Source: a virus (Duplodnaviria; Caudoviricetes). Taken from it: a stretch of 56,253 nucleotides of DNA. Where the stretch lies: IMG/VR virus record IMGVR_UViG_3300025154_000119, positions 1-56,253 of that record; one strand, written 5' to 3'. Below the pieces are notes generated by a model, which was not told the origin of the DNA, did no database searches, and saw only the letters and a list, made by a program, of their open reading frames with translations. Each line of letters starts with the position of its first letter. The first letter of the stretch is position 1. A program made the position numbers and the translations under genes. Below are positions 1 through 8,126 of the stretch, one piece after another.

Positions 1-2
1 TT

Positions 3-182
3 TTTATGGATATGTGCCGGGAAAAAGGGATTGGTCCGGTTAAAAAATTCTCTGGGAAATTCAATCTTCGCGTTCCTTCAAAGCTGCATGCTGAGATAGC
101 CGCCGTCGCGGCAGCTGACGGGAAGAGCCTCAATGTTTGGATTGTGGAAAAATTGAGCGGGATGGTTGGTAGAAATGTTTGA
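3..182 (+). CDS. hicB: HicB-family antitoxin, 3' part (5' end outside window)
   Basis: Own translation: FMDMCREKGIGPVKKFSGKFNLRVPSKLHAEIAAVAAADGKSLNVWIVEKL...; FSGKFNLRV...LH...A...GKSLN is the typical HicB ribbon-helix-helix C-terminus. Not in ORF track. Confidence 0.85.
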   Translation, partial: FMDMCREKGIGPVKKFSGKFNLRVPSKLHAEIAAVAAADGKSLNVWIVEKLSGMVGRNV

Positions 183-190
183 AAAGCATA

Positions 191-221
191 AAAACCCCGG
201 CCGGTTGTCGGCCGGGGTTTT
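191..221. terminator. Bidirectional rho-independent terminator between convergent hicB and lipoprotein genes
   Basis: AAAACCCCGGCCG-GTTGT-CGGCCGGGGTTTT perfect inverted repeat with A and T tails. Confidence 0.85.
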
Positions 222-262
222 GGGGGGAATAGAAATTATTTTAATTTGCCACGAGGACTCAG

Positions 263-793
263 TTACCTTGTTGTGCTTTGAAAAATAGCGGCCTCGCCAT
301 TTGGTAAAAAAATGGTTCCTTGGGTAGTCTGTGGCTGGGGTGGCTGCATCGAATTTATAAGCTGTAACAATTGCAGGTTTGTTTGGATCTCGTTTTGATG
401 CGCCTGCCGTTGTGCTATTTGAATCCTTTGAACTTCGTTGGCAATATTTAAATCGATATTTAATCCTGGGGCGGAGTGTGGCCTTGCCAATGTGTATTGC
501 GATTCTCTATTTCGCTTGAAAATTGTTACAATACCAGGCGAGGCAGCCTGTGCACCGCTTCCCCACCTTGCGACAACACCCTTTGTTTTGAAATCACCTT
601 TCCCATCAACAAAGTTTTTATCCCAAACATACACCACTCTAACCGGAGAGACCCCCAGAACTTGAGACCCATCTTGATACGATATAACAGCCCCCTCCGG
701 TATGGTGTGGTAGGTCAAATAATGGTTTGCGCACCCACCGACGAATAAAAAAACAAGTAAGAAAAATGACGCGAATTTTATTTTCACAAACAC
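263..793 (-). CDS. Lipoprotein with PEGA-like N-terminal domain (possible superinfection exclusion/lysogenic conversion)
   Basis: Signal peptide with lipobox VGG-C; TIPEGAVI...LGVSP resembles PEGA; AT-rich; same orientation as cI. Confidence 0.6.
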   Translation of the reverse strand: MFVKIKFASFFLLVFLFVGGCANHYLTYHTIPEGAVISYQDGSQVLGVSPVRVVYVWDKNFVDGKGDFKTKGVVARWGSGAQAASPGIVTIFKRNRESQYTLARPHSAPGLNIDLNIANEVQRIQIAQRQAHQNEIQTNLQLLQLINSMQPPQPQTTQGTIFLPNGEAAIFQSTTR

Positions 794-826
794 GATTCCT
801 TTTGTTTTTTGACAAAAAGTATCAAC

Positions 827-1300
827 TTAATTTTGTGTGAGTTGCCCGACCTTTTCCCATTCCGGATTTGGCCTGAGCGTAGCAGAAATATATAAAGTAT
901 CCCCGGATATAAATGACGTTTTAATGCCCTCTTTTTCAAGATTTGCTTGGAGCTGTTCTGGGTTAAGGATATAAATACCCCCGGTCGAAAAATCGACAAT
1001 TAAGCCTACTACGCCCCCAAAAAAGATATTTCCCCAAATCCATCCGCTGACACCATTACTCGTCACCGTTGCTGAATATGGTCGATATCCTGGCAATTCC
1101 ATCGTTATGGTATGAGAGTTTCGCCGGCTCATTTTAATAATAGACGGTGCTGAACCCTTGTTTTCTCCATCCACAGTTATTATGGCGCCCGGAGGCGTAC
1201 TTGATACGCCTATTTCCTGATTTATTCCATTCATGATTGTTGCGCATCCAGCGATAAAAACAAATAAAACAAAACAGATAGCCACTTTTAACAACCTCAT
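827..1300 (-). CDS. PEGA-domain lipoprotein
   Basis: Start MRLLK at 1300 with AGGAG RBS; lipobox IAG-C ATI; SSTPPGAIITVDG...G..P PEGA motif; WGNIFFGGVVGLIVD hydrophobic segment. Confidence 0.75.
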   Translation of the reverse strand: MRLLKVAICFVLFVFIAGCATIMNGINQEIGVSSTPPGAIITVDGENKGSAPSIIKMSRRNSHTITMELPGYRPYSATVTSNGVSGWIWGNIFFGGVVGLIVDFSTGGIYILNPEQLQANLEKEGIKTSFISGDTLYISATLRPNPEWEKVGQLTQN

Positions 1301-1435
1301 GACGCCAACTCCTTTATGTTTTTTAATAGTGACAAAAAAACGAACAAAGAAAATAATGAGCAAAAATAATGCCGAAATCGCGTTTGAAATAGTTTTTAAT
1401 TATTCAACATGTTGCAAGCTCAAAAATAAGTGGCA

Positions 1436-1484
1436 TGTAACAAAAAGTACCAAAATACTGATCCATGTGTAACAAAAAGTACCA
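1436..1484. promoter_or_regulatory. Pair of 17-bp direct repeats upstream of the lipoprotein genes
   Basis: TGTAACAAAAAGTACCA at 1436-1452 and 1468-1484 (32-bp period). Confidence 0.55.
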
Positions 1485-1497
1485 TCTCTATTTTGGG

Positions 1498-1614
1498 TCA
1501 TCGGTTCCAGCCGAATGTTTCCAGTATTATCAAATTGCCTGTTCGGGTGTAACCGGCTGACCATTGCTTGGTGCGGTCCTGGTACGGCTGGTCGCCGTTG
1601 CTCGAACCAGGCAT
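1498..1614 (-). CDS. Possible 38-aa peptide translationally coupled to cI
   Basis: ATG overlaps the cI stop (TGATG); MPGSSNGDQPYQDRTKQWSAGYTRTGNLIILETFGWNR. Confidence 0.3.
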   Translation of the reverse strand: MPGSSNGDQPYQDRTKQWSAGYTRTGNLIILETFGWNR

Positions 1615-2060
1615 CAACCCGCCTTTGGTTTCCTCCCGACCATATCTTCAACCGTATTGGCAACACCCTTAATGTAGCTTCCAACTTTTCTAAATTGTTC
1701 TGGGCTTAGGCGCTCTATTTTTACCAAATCTCTATTAATATCAATAGCTAAATCTTTGTCTATGAATTGTTTAATGATTCCGCCATGCTCTATATCTATA
1801 ACGTTTTCATGGCTGATATTTTCAGACATCTCCAAGCAATCTGTATTATAAAATTCGGAAACATCAACCCCAAGATCTATGGCCAACTTCTCTAATGATT
1901 TTTCTGTTGGATTTCTAAGGCTTTCCGTTTCTTCGTCGAGCCAGTTATAAATCTGTGTCGGTTTTCGCTTGGTCTTTTTGGCGAAGGCGGCTGGACTCAA
2001 GCCTGTTGCCTTAATCAGTCTCCTCAAGTTCCTTTTGGTGACGATTTTTGGAGCTTCCAT
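1614..2060 (-). CDS. CI-like XRE-family HTH repressor without S24 peptidase domain
   Basis: NLRRLIKATGLSPAAFAKKT...QIYNWL...NPTEKSLEKLAIDLGVDVSEFY HTH; divergent from cro; start likely 2060 (or 2090), not 2189, which overlaps cro. Confidence 0.8.
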   Translation of the reverse strand: MEAPKIVTKRNLRRLIKATGLSPAAFAKKTKRKPTQIYNWLDEETESLRNPTEKSLEKLAIDLGVDVSEFYNTDCLEMSENISHENVIDIEHGGIIKQFIDKDLAIDINRDLVKIERLSPEQFRKVGSYIKGVANTVEDMVGRKPKAG

Positions 2061-2081
2061 TCTTTCAGTCACTTTTTTTTG

Positions 2082-2117
2082 TTGACGCATATAATCATTT
2101 TGGTTATATGGTATAGT
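2082..2117. promoter_or_regulatory. Operator/divergent promoter region of the cI-cro switch
   Basis: Palindrome CATATAATCA-TTT-TGGTTATATG (2088-2110, 9/10 arm match); TTGACG at 2082-2087 lies 17 bp before TATATG. Confidence 0.6.
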
Positions 2118-2118
2118 C

Positions 2119-2358
2119 ATGAATCTAGCCAAATACCTAAAAAATCGTAGCCGCGAAGAGTTCGCTGCGCAAATAGGAACCACTCGCAACTATATTGCAA
2201 TGCTTTGCTGTCATCAGCGCCGCCCCTCCCCAGAGCTAGCCCTAAAAATCGAGCGGGCCACCGGGGGCCAGGTAACGGTTATGGAGCTTCTTTTTCCAAA
2301 CCAAACGAACCCAACCCGACCATGTGAATGCAACCCAGCGGAGGCCCCAAGTGGATAA
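2119..2358 (+). CDS. Cro-like HTH regulator (YdaS-like)
   Basis: SREEFAAQIGTTRNYIAML...RRPSPELALKIERATGGQVTVMELL; divergent from repressor. Confidence 0.85.
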   Translation: MNLAKYLKNRSREEFAAQIGTTRNYIAMLCCHQRRPSPELALKIERATGGQVTVMELLFPNQTNPTRPCECNPAEAPSG

Positions 2359-2420
2359 TAACGATATTTACACCCGCAGCCTTCTGGCCAGTGGCAACGC
2401 GACCATAGCGGATTACAATT

Positions 2421-2684
2421 TTATCCAGAATCTCGGAAACCCGCTCGCTTTTCTACAGTTGCCGGGAAGATGCAACACACATATGCATGCTGGATCATCA
2501 CTTTTACTGCCACAAAATCGAGCCCTTCTCGGGGAAGAAACGCTTCGATTTCAAGGTAATGATGGTGCCCATAATCAAGGCTTTTCGCCTTAATCATGTT
2601 CGAGTCATTAATAAAATCAGATAGCCCGGAAAGGACACATCTTGCATCCGGAATCAATTGAACCAAAAAATACTTAGTTTCCAT
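2421..2684 (-). CDS. Hypothetical protein (antisense moron within early right operon)
   Basis: 87-aa ORF with ATG start, opposite to flanking genes. Confidence 0.5.
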   Translation of the reverse strand: METKYFLVQLIPDARCVLSGLSDFINDSNMIKAKSLDYGHHHYLEIEAFLPREGLDFVAVKVMIQHAYVCCIFPATVEKRAGFRDSG

Positions 2685-2720
2685 TAAATAGCCGCATGAA
2701 AAACGATTACAAAACAGTGA

Positions 2721-2759
2721 GTTTCCGGTGGATGGCGTGATGATCCATCCACCGGAAAC
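2721..2759 (-). terminator. Strong hairpin directly after the 30-aa peptide gene
   Basis: GTTTCCGGTGGATGG-9 nt-CCATCCACCGGAAAC, 15-bp perfect stem. Confidence 0.6.
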
Positions 2760-2762
2760 CGT

Positions 2763-2855
2763 TTAGAGCAATAGGGTGATCATGAGTGCCAAGACAGAAA
2801 GTATCTTTGCGATATCCACTTTCACCTCTATTGCGAGACTGAACTTTGATTCCAT
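2763..2855 (-). CDS. 30-aa hydrophobic membrane peptide (type I toxin-like)
   Basis: GAGGTTTTT-ATG; MESKFSLAIEVKVDIAKILSVLALMITLLL-stop; below ORF-track cutoff. Confidence 0.6.
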   Translation of the reverse strand: MESKFSLAIEVKVDIAKILSVLALMITLLL

Positions 2856-3173
2856 AAAAACCTCGATGAGATCAAAGCCCAGGCCGGCCCGGGCGTTAAC
2901 CCAGATGTATTTATGTTCGCGCCCTGGCTGGCGCTATCACAACGCTTCGGTACCAAAAAGTATTGTGAGGTCGGATAAAAATCATGACTCTGTTCACCTT
3001 CAGGGGTCACAAACAAGACATAATTTTAACCCTTAAGCCGAGGCAGTCTACCTCGACAACAGGGCTGACTAAGCCCCTTCCAATAGGCCCCCAACAGGCC
3101 CGGCCACGGTATCCGCGTAACGGGTCGTGGATAGGGTGTCTGTGAAAACCTTTGGATGTAGGATGTTTACCAC

Positions 3174-3458
3174 ATGCTAAAATCTTTTAGCAACGAAAAA
3201 ACCTTTAAAGCACTGATAAAACAGGGCCGCCCATTTAGGGAGACAGTTAAATACCTCCTCGACTGCGAATGCATCGGGTGCTCCGGCGTGGCAAGATTCG
3301 CCATGATTTCCAATGCCGCCGTATCCCAGACGCTTTCCGGTAAACAACCAAATGCCCGGGTGCAGGACGCGATTTCCTCCCTGCTCGAATTTGATCCTTG
3401 GACTGTCCATGATCGAATAGTAGCACGATCCACAAAACAAGGAAGGTCGAAAAAATGA
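3174..3458 (+). CDS. HTH DNA-binding protein
   Basis: VARFAMISNAAVSQTLSGKQPNARVQDAISSLL HTH-like; ATGA overlap with next gene. Confidence 0.6.
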   Translation: MLKSFSNEKTFKALIKQGRPFRETVKYLLDCECIGCSGVARFAMISNAAVSQTLSGKQPNARVQDAISSLLEFDPWTVHDRIVARSTKQGRSKK

Positions 3459-3913
3459 ACGATTCGCCCACGGTCCCGCTCAAAACGTGGCAATTTTTCC
3501 ACTCCTACCGGAAAACCCTTGGAGACACATTCCTGACCAAACTTTTCAACAGGGGCTCCCGCCAGATTTTACGCTGGGCCGCCGATCCGGATTTCACGAC
3601 CGACCACGAAAGAAACCCACTCGACCGTATGAAAATCATCCTGGAACGGCTATCAGAGATCGGCCGGGATGATATCGCCAGGGGAACAGTATCTTTTCTG
3701 GCCGGCGCCATCGGGTGTGAGCTGAGATGCCTGGAGCCGGCCGAGCCTGACCAACCCACCGTTGAGGCCGAATGCCTTGACGATTACCCGGCTGTGACAC
3801 GGTTCCACGATGCCATCCGTACCGTGGAGTCTGTTGCGGTTATCCGGCACCTTTGGCAGGAAGCCAAGCGGGAGCTGGACGAAACCTATGAAATGGCGGT
3901 GCGGGTTGGTTAA
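3455..3913 (+). CDS. Phage regulatory protein, CII (CP76)-like
   Basis: RWAADP...RNPLDRMKIILERL pattern; position downstream of cro. Confidence 0.5.
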   Translation: MNDSPTVPLKTWQFFHSYRKTLGDTFLTKLFNRGSRQILRWAADPDFTTDHERNPLDRMKIILERLSEIGRDDIARGTVSFLAGAIGCELRCLEPAEPDQPTVEAECLDDYPAVTRFHDAIRTVESVAVIRHLWQEAKRELDETYEMAVRVG

Positions 3914-3926
3914 ATAGGGGGTTCGA

Positions 3927-4100
3927 ATGGAAAAGGTTCGCGGGTCGCTTCCGATTTTTATCAGCAAAAAGCTTGAGTATCTAAGCAAAAAAATGGCCGA
4001 TGAGTTTGACCGCGGCGACGTCGATTCCGCGATGCGGACCCGGTGGATTTATGACTGCATCTTTTGTGGGTGGTTTTATCGGAGGAAGCGCGATGCATAA
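3927..4100 (+). CDS. Small hypothetical protein (57 aa)
   Basis: GGGGG RBS; MEKVRGSLPIF...YRRKRDA; fits the tightly packed operon. Confidence 0.45.
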   Translation: MEKVRGSLPIFISKKLEYLSKKMADEFDRGDVDSAMRTRWIYDCIFCGWFYRRKRDA

Positions 4101-4254
4101 ATGCCGATGGTGCGGGTGCGATATCCACCCACAGATGGAAAATGAGTGTGTTTCGTGTTGGAGCATCCGGATGCGGGTTACCGCCCACCCGGATATCGCT
4201 GAGCGGATTTTGGCTGATTTGAGAAACGGTTCCCCGGCAAAATCTTGCGGGTGA
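4093..4254 (+). CDS. Small Zn-finger protein
   Basis: GGAGG RBS; MHKCRWCGC...ECVSCW (two CxxC). Confidence 0.55.
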   Translation: MHKCRWCGCDIHPQMENECVSCWSIRMRVTAHPDIAERILADLRNGSPAKSCG

Positions 4255-4259
4255 GGTGG

Positions 4260-4406
4260 ATGCAAAAAATGACTCTATGTGACCAGATTTGGAGCCATAT
4301 CATGTTGCTGATCCGGCGCCATGCCGGGAGGCCAGAGCTGTTACCGGCTGTTTTACTGCTTGCTGATGGGTACCGGAAGCACTTGGAAGCTGAGAGGCAA
4401 CGATAA
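4260..4406 (+). CDS. Small hypothetical protein (48 aa)
   Basis: GAGGTGG RBS; stop overlaps the initiator start (TAATG). Confidence 0.45.
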   Translation: MQKMTLCDQIWSHIMLLIRRHAGRPELLPAVLLLADGYRKHLEAERQR

Positions 4407-5278
4407 TGGCTAATCCTCAAAAAGAAGACGGGTATACTCCAATAGCCAACGAACTGTTATCAGCAATTTGTGGCACCAGGATACCCGGCGAGGCCCGCCA
4501 AGTTTTCGATGTTATTTTGATAAAAACGTATGGTTGGAGCAGGAAACAGGCAAAGATAACCCTTAAAGAGTTCGAGCAAGAAACAGGCATAAAAAAACCT
4601 AATATAATTAGAGCTATAAACGTTTTGGTAGAGATGAATCTTATTATTTTGGACACAGGAAAAATTATCGAAAATGATAATAAATTATTATCGAAAAAGA
4701 TAACAATTAACACTATGTTCAAAATAAATAAGGACTTTGATACATGGAAAAAGAAAGATAAAAAAATTATCGAAAATGATAATAAATCTATAACTATCAA
4801 ATTAAACACTAAAAACAAAACAAATATTATCGAAAATGATAATAATGAAAAATTATCGAAAAAGATAATAAATATTATCGAAAATGATAATAATGAAAAT
4901 TTTACCTCTAGTATTAAAACAACAAACAAAGAGGTGAAAAACGAAAAATTATCGAAAAAGATAATTTTTGCTCAGAACGAACTTAAAAAGCCGCTTCCTG
5001 AATTTCTGGACCCCGACTTATGGGAAGATTTTAGGCAGCTTCGGAAAGAGATAAAAAAGCCCCTTACCCCAACAGCCGAAAAAATGGCCCTTAAAAAACT
5101 TATCGGCCTTCATGCGGAAAACTACGATTGCAACCGGATAATCTCACGCTCGATTGAAAATAGTTGGCAGGGCCTTTTCCCAAAAGACGATGATAAAAAA
5201 CCCAAAGTTTCACAGGTAAAAACACAAGCAGAACGTGCAGCCGAACAACAACGCAAAGTCCTGGAGGCGATAAGCTGA
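4406..5278 (+). CDS. Lambda O-like replication initiator
   Basis: N-terminal EDGYTPIANELL...VILIKTYGW motif; C-terminal WEDFRQLRKEIKKPLT...SIENSWQGLF. Confidence 0.9.
   Translation: MANPQKEDGYTPIANELLSAICGTRIPGEARQVFDVILIKTYGWSRKQAKITLKEFEQETGIKKPNIIRAINVLVEMNLIILDTGKIIENDNKLLSKKITINTMFKINKDFDTWKKKDKKIIENDNKSITIKLNTKNKTNIIENDNNEKLSKKIINIIENDNNENFTSSIKTTNKEVKNEKLSKKIIFAQNELKKPLPEFLDPDLWEDFRQLRKEIKKPLTPTAEKMALKKLIGLHAENYDCNRIISRSIENSWQGLFPKDDDKKPKVSQVKTQAERAAEQQRKVLEAIS
4665..4964. repeat. Replication origin iterons inside the initiator gene
   Basis: Seven copies of TTATCGAAAA(T/A)GATAA starting at 4665, 4688, 4767, 4827, 4853, 4875, 4949 in a very AT-rich stretch. Confidence 0.85.
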
Positions 5279-6603
5279 TGGATTTTAAAGTTCCCCCTCA
5301 AAATATGGAAGCTGAAGAAAGCATCTTGTGCGGGTGCTTGACGTACCAGGAAATAGCCGACGAAGCGGTTGAACTGTTAACGCCAGCTGATTTTTACAAG
5401 CCTGCCCACTCGCTAATTTTTTCAGAAATCAGGGCCATGAAGGCCAGCGGTAAGCCGGTTGATCTTGTTACAGTAACGCACTCGCTTACAGAGCGAGGGT
5501 TGATAGAGCGGGCAGGTGGCGTGTCTTACCTGTCGGAACTGCTTTCAGCTCCCGTGCCTGTCAATGTGCCATATTACGCTTCTATGGTTAAAAGCGCCGC
5601 CGTTCTAAGGGAAACCATAAGCCTATGCCATTCGGTAGCCGGCCAGTGTTTTGATGGTGGGAAAGCTCCGGCTGAAATAATAGCCGAACTTCAAAGCAAG
5701 TCGCTTTCTCTTGGCGCTGAATCAATTGACGATTTCACGCCAATGTCAGAACTGAGCAAGCAGAGTCTTGACAGGTACGAGTCTTTGCGTACCTCCCAAA
5801 GCGGACGTTTCATAAAAACAGGTTTCTCTCTTCTGGACAGCATGACGGGTGGCTTCCGGGGATCATCACTTATCATCCTCGCGGCCCGGCCTGGAATCGG
5901 CAAAACGGCCATGATGTGTAACATGGTCGAAAATATGAGCCGCGCCGGCGTGAAGATAGGCGTTTTTGAACTGGAAATGGACAAAGAGAGCCTTGACGAC
6001 CGGTGGAATGCTAGCCTTGCAGATATTAACACCGTTCGGCTTACATCCACACAAAAGCTTGATTCGGATGAGTGGGGCCGGCTTGTTGAAGTCGCCGGCA
6101 GAAAATCACAATGGCCGGTATGGATTGATGACACAGGCGGAATGTCGGTTGGTGAAATTTGCCGGCGCGCCCGGAAGATGAAGCGCTTGGGATGCCAGAT
6201 AATTTTCATTGACCAGCTTTCGTTCATCCGAGGCGACAAGAAAAAAAGTGTGTTCGAGGTCAACACCGAAAATGTGGAAGCTCTTGGCCAGCTAAAAAAA
6301 GAACTTCGGATGCCTGTCGTGTTGCTGGCCCAGCTGAACCGGGAGCTTGAAAAGCGTGGTGGAGAAAAAAAGCCGATTCTTTCAGACCTGAAAAACACCG
6401 GCATGTTGGAAGAGGCTGCCGATATGGTTCTTCTCGGTTACAGGAGATTTCCTTACACTAAACTTGAGACCGATGAGCATCACGCAGAATGGGAGTTGGC
6501 AAAAAACAGAGGTGGGCCAACGATGAATATGGAGATGGTTTGGATGCCAAAACAGGCAAGATTTGGAAATATCGAAAATTTTCACAACGGAGTCAGAAAT
6601 TGA
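5278..6603 (+). CDS. dnaB: Replicative DNA helicase, DnaB family
   Basis: PPQNMEAEESIL N-terminus; Walker A AARPGIGKT; LAQLNRELEKR; LSDLKNTGMLEEAAD; AKNRGGP. Confidence 0.95.
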   Translation: MDFKVPPQNMEAEESILCGCLTYQEIADEAVELLTPADFYKPAHSLIFSEIRAMKASGKPVDLVTVTHSLTERGLIERAGGVSYLSELLSAPVPVNVPYYASMVKSAAVLRETISLCHSVAGQCFDGGKAPAEIIAELQSKSLSLGAESIDDFTPMSELSKQSLDRYESLRTSQSGRFIKTGFSLLDSMTGGFRGSSLIILAARPGIGKTAMMCNMVENMSRAGVKIGVFELEMDKESLDDRWNASLADINTVRLTSTQKLDSDEWGRLVEVAGRKSQWPVWIDDTGGMSVGEICRRARKMKRLGCQIIFIDQLSFIRGDKKKSVFEVNTENVEALGQLKKELRMPVVLLAQLNRELEKRGGEKKPILSDLKNTGMLEEAADMVLLGYRRFPYTKLETDEHHAEWELAKNRGGPTMNMEMVWMPKQARFGNIENFHNGVRN

Positions 6604-7091
6604 AAACAGAAGGCACGAAACACGACGATGGAAAGGCAAGATATGACTTGTTCCCGTGGGAACTGATGGACGGTGTTATCGCGGTCTATACCCATGGCGC
6701 AGTTGAATACCAGGATAATAACTGGCGGCAGGGTTTTAAGTGGGGCCGTATCATCGGCGCTGTGTTTCGGCACTTCGTGGCCTGGATCGCCGGTAATGAC
6801 CTGGACCAAAAGACAGGGCTTCACAACCTTGATCAAGCGGTTTGGAATCTGCTTACCCTTCGGTGGATGCAAAAATACGGCAAGGGAGTTGATGACCGGT
6901 GGAAAAATTCCATTCAGGAAAACGACGGAATGACGTTTGACGATTGCTTGACATCGCTAAAACTCATGGTCCGGCGTTCTGAAGAGAAACATCATTGCGT
7001 TAAGCCTCAAGACATGGCCGATATCGAGCGCATGGCTAAGTTTGCCAACGATAAGCTCAAGGCGCTTGCCTTTCAAAGCGGGCGGTCGTGA
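6600..7091 (+). CDS. DUF5664 / dATP-dGTP diphosphohydrolase-like protein
   Basis: GTKHDDGKARYDL...HGAVEYQDNNWRQG...RH...GLHNL; TTG start at 6600 overlapping the dnaB stop. Confidence 0.8.
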   Translation: MKTEGTKHDDGKARYDLFPWELMDGVIAVYTHGAVEYQDNNWRQGFKWGRIIGAVFRHFVAWIAGNDLDQKTGLHNLDQAVWNLLTLRWMQKYGKGVDDRWKNSIQENDGMTFDDCLTSLKLMVRRSEEKHHCVKPQDMADIERMAKFANDKLKALAFQSGRS

Positions 7092-7133
7092 TCGTTCTAT
7101 ATGCGGCTTCTAATCGATTTTGGAGGATGAAAA

Positions 7134-7595
7134 ATGTCAAGTAAAGCTTTTATAAACTCGATGGCCACGATAGCCATCTGCGAATCACAAATCAACGTTT
7201 TGATGGCAGAACTCAAAGGGGATCAGCTTGGGGATATCCTACCAGCTCTCAAGGAGTGCAAGGAAGAGTGCAACCAAGCATATGGAAGCTGGCCAGGTCA
7301 GTTCGACGAAAAGGGGATGAAGCGGCTCAAGAAGATCCTCGATAAATTTCACGGAAGCGTCGAAAGCTTGGAAATGGCAGAGTTCACCAGCACCGGCCTT
7401 GCGTTGTTGGAATCACTACGTGCACGGCTCGTTGCTTGTAAAGCCGACCGGCGCCGTATCGCAGCGATCACCAACCTGATTGAAAAGTTTTCTGTTGTTC
7501 ACAGTTTTTTTGATCCGGATCTTGACCGGCTTGCGGCTTACGTTTCTGCCGGCGAATTGGAAAACCGTTGGACCAGCATTGTGGAGGCGGCATAA
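7134..7595 (+). CDS. Hypothetical helical protein
   Basis: GGAGG RBS; 153-aa ORF in operon. Confidence 0.7.
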   Translation: MSSKAFINSMATIAICESQINVLMAELKGDQLGDILPALKECKEECNQAYGSWPGQFDEKGMKRLKKILDKFHGSVESLEMAEFTSTGLALLESLRARLVACKADRRRIAAITNLIEKFSVVHSFFDPDLDRLAAYVSAGELENRWTSIVEAA

Positions 7596-8126
7596 ATGCC
7601 AGCAATAGACCAGCAGGACCTCGCGGAAAATGAAATCCAAATAAAAGACTTGTGCGTTGCTATGATAGGGTTGGCAGTTACCGACATCACCGCTCACAGG
7701 GGAGGCAAAAGCACAAACTATTGGGCCGAGTCGGCAAGAAAATGGGTAAAGGATATTCGCCCGGGTGACGAATCCTACCCGACAACATTTGCCGGGTGCT
7801 GCGCTGTGCTCAATCTCCCGCCTAAAAAAATTAGCAAAATTTTAACAAGCGGGAAAATAGCCGCTGTCCGTAAGAAAAGATGGCTAACCTCAAAGCTGGT
7901 AAAAAACCGAGATTACAGCAAAACATGGTGGAAATGCAGAGTAATAAAAACGTGGGCCTGTGAGTATTGCGGCGACACGATACCGGCTAAAACGTTGTGC
8001 CACAGCCGGTATATAGGCAGCGGCGGACTATCATATGCCTGTGAAAAATGCTCGCGTAAAGACCATGACCCCAATACTGTTTTTAAAAACGAATTTAGGG
8101 TTAAAAAGGAGGCTGTTGCCTCATGA
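7596..8126 (+). CDS. Hypothetical protein with C-terminal Zn finger
   Basis: CEYC...CEKC; abuts neighbours. Confidence 0.65.
   Translation: MPAIDQQDLAENEIQIKDLCVAMIGLAVTDITAHRGGKSTNYWAESARKWVKDIRPGDESYPTTFAGCCAVLNLPPKKISKILTSGKIAAVRKKRWLTSKLVKNRDYSKTWWKCRVIKTWACEYCGDTIPAKTLCHSRYIGSGGLSYACEKCSRKDHDPNTVFKNEFRVKKEAVAS

Noticed and set aside
1400-1684. 94-aa minus-strand ORF after cI
   Set aside because: TTG start inside cI and it spans the probable regulatory repeats; a coupled 38-aa ORF fits better.
4417-4929. 170-aa hydrophobic reverse-strand ORF
   Set aside because: Shadow of the A-rich iteron region of the initiator gene.
6600-7091. Z-genome or 7-deazaguanine DNA modification system
   Set aside because: No synthesis genes or dedicated polymerase in the window.
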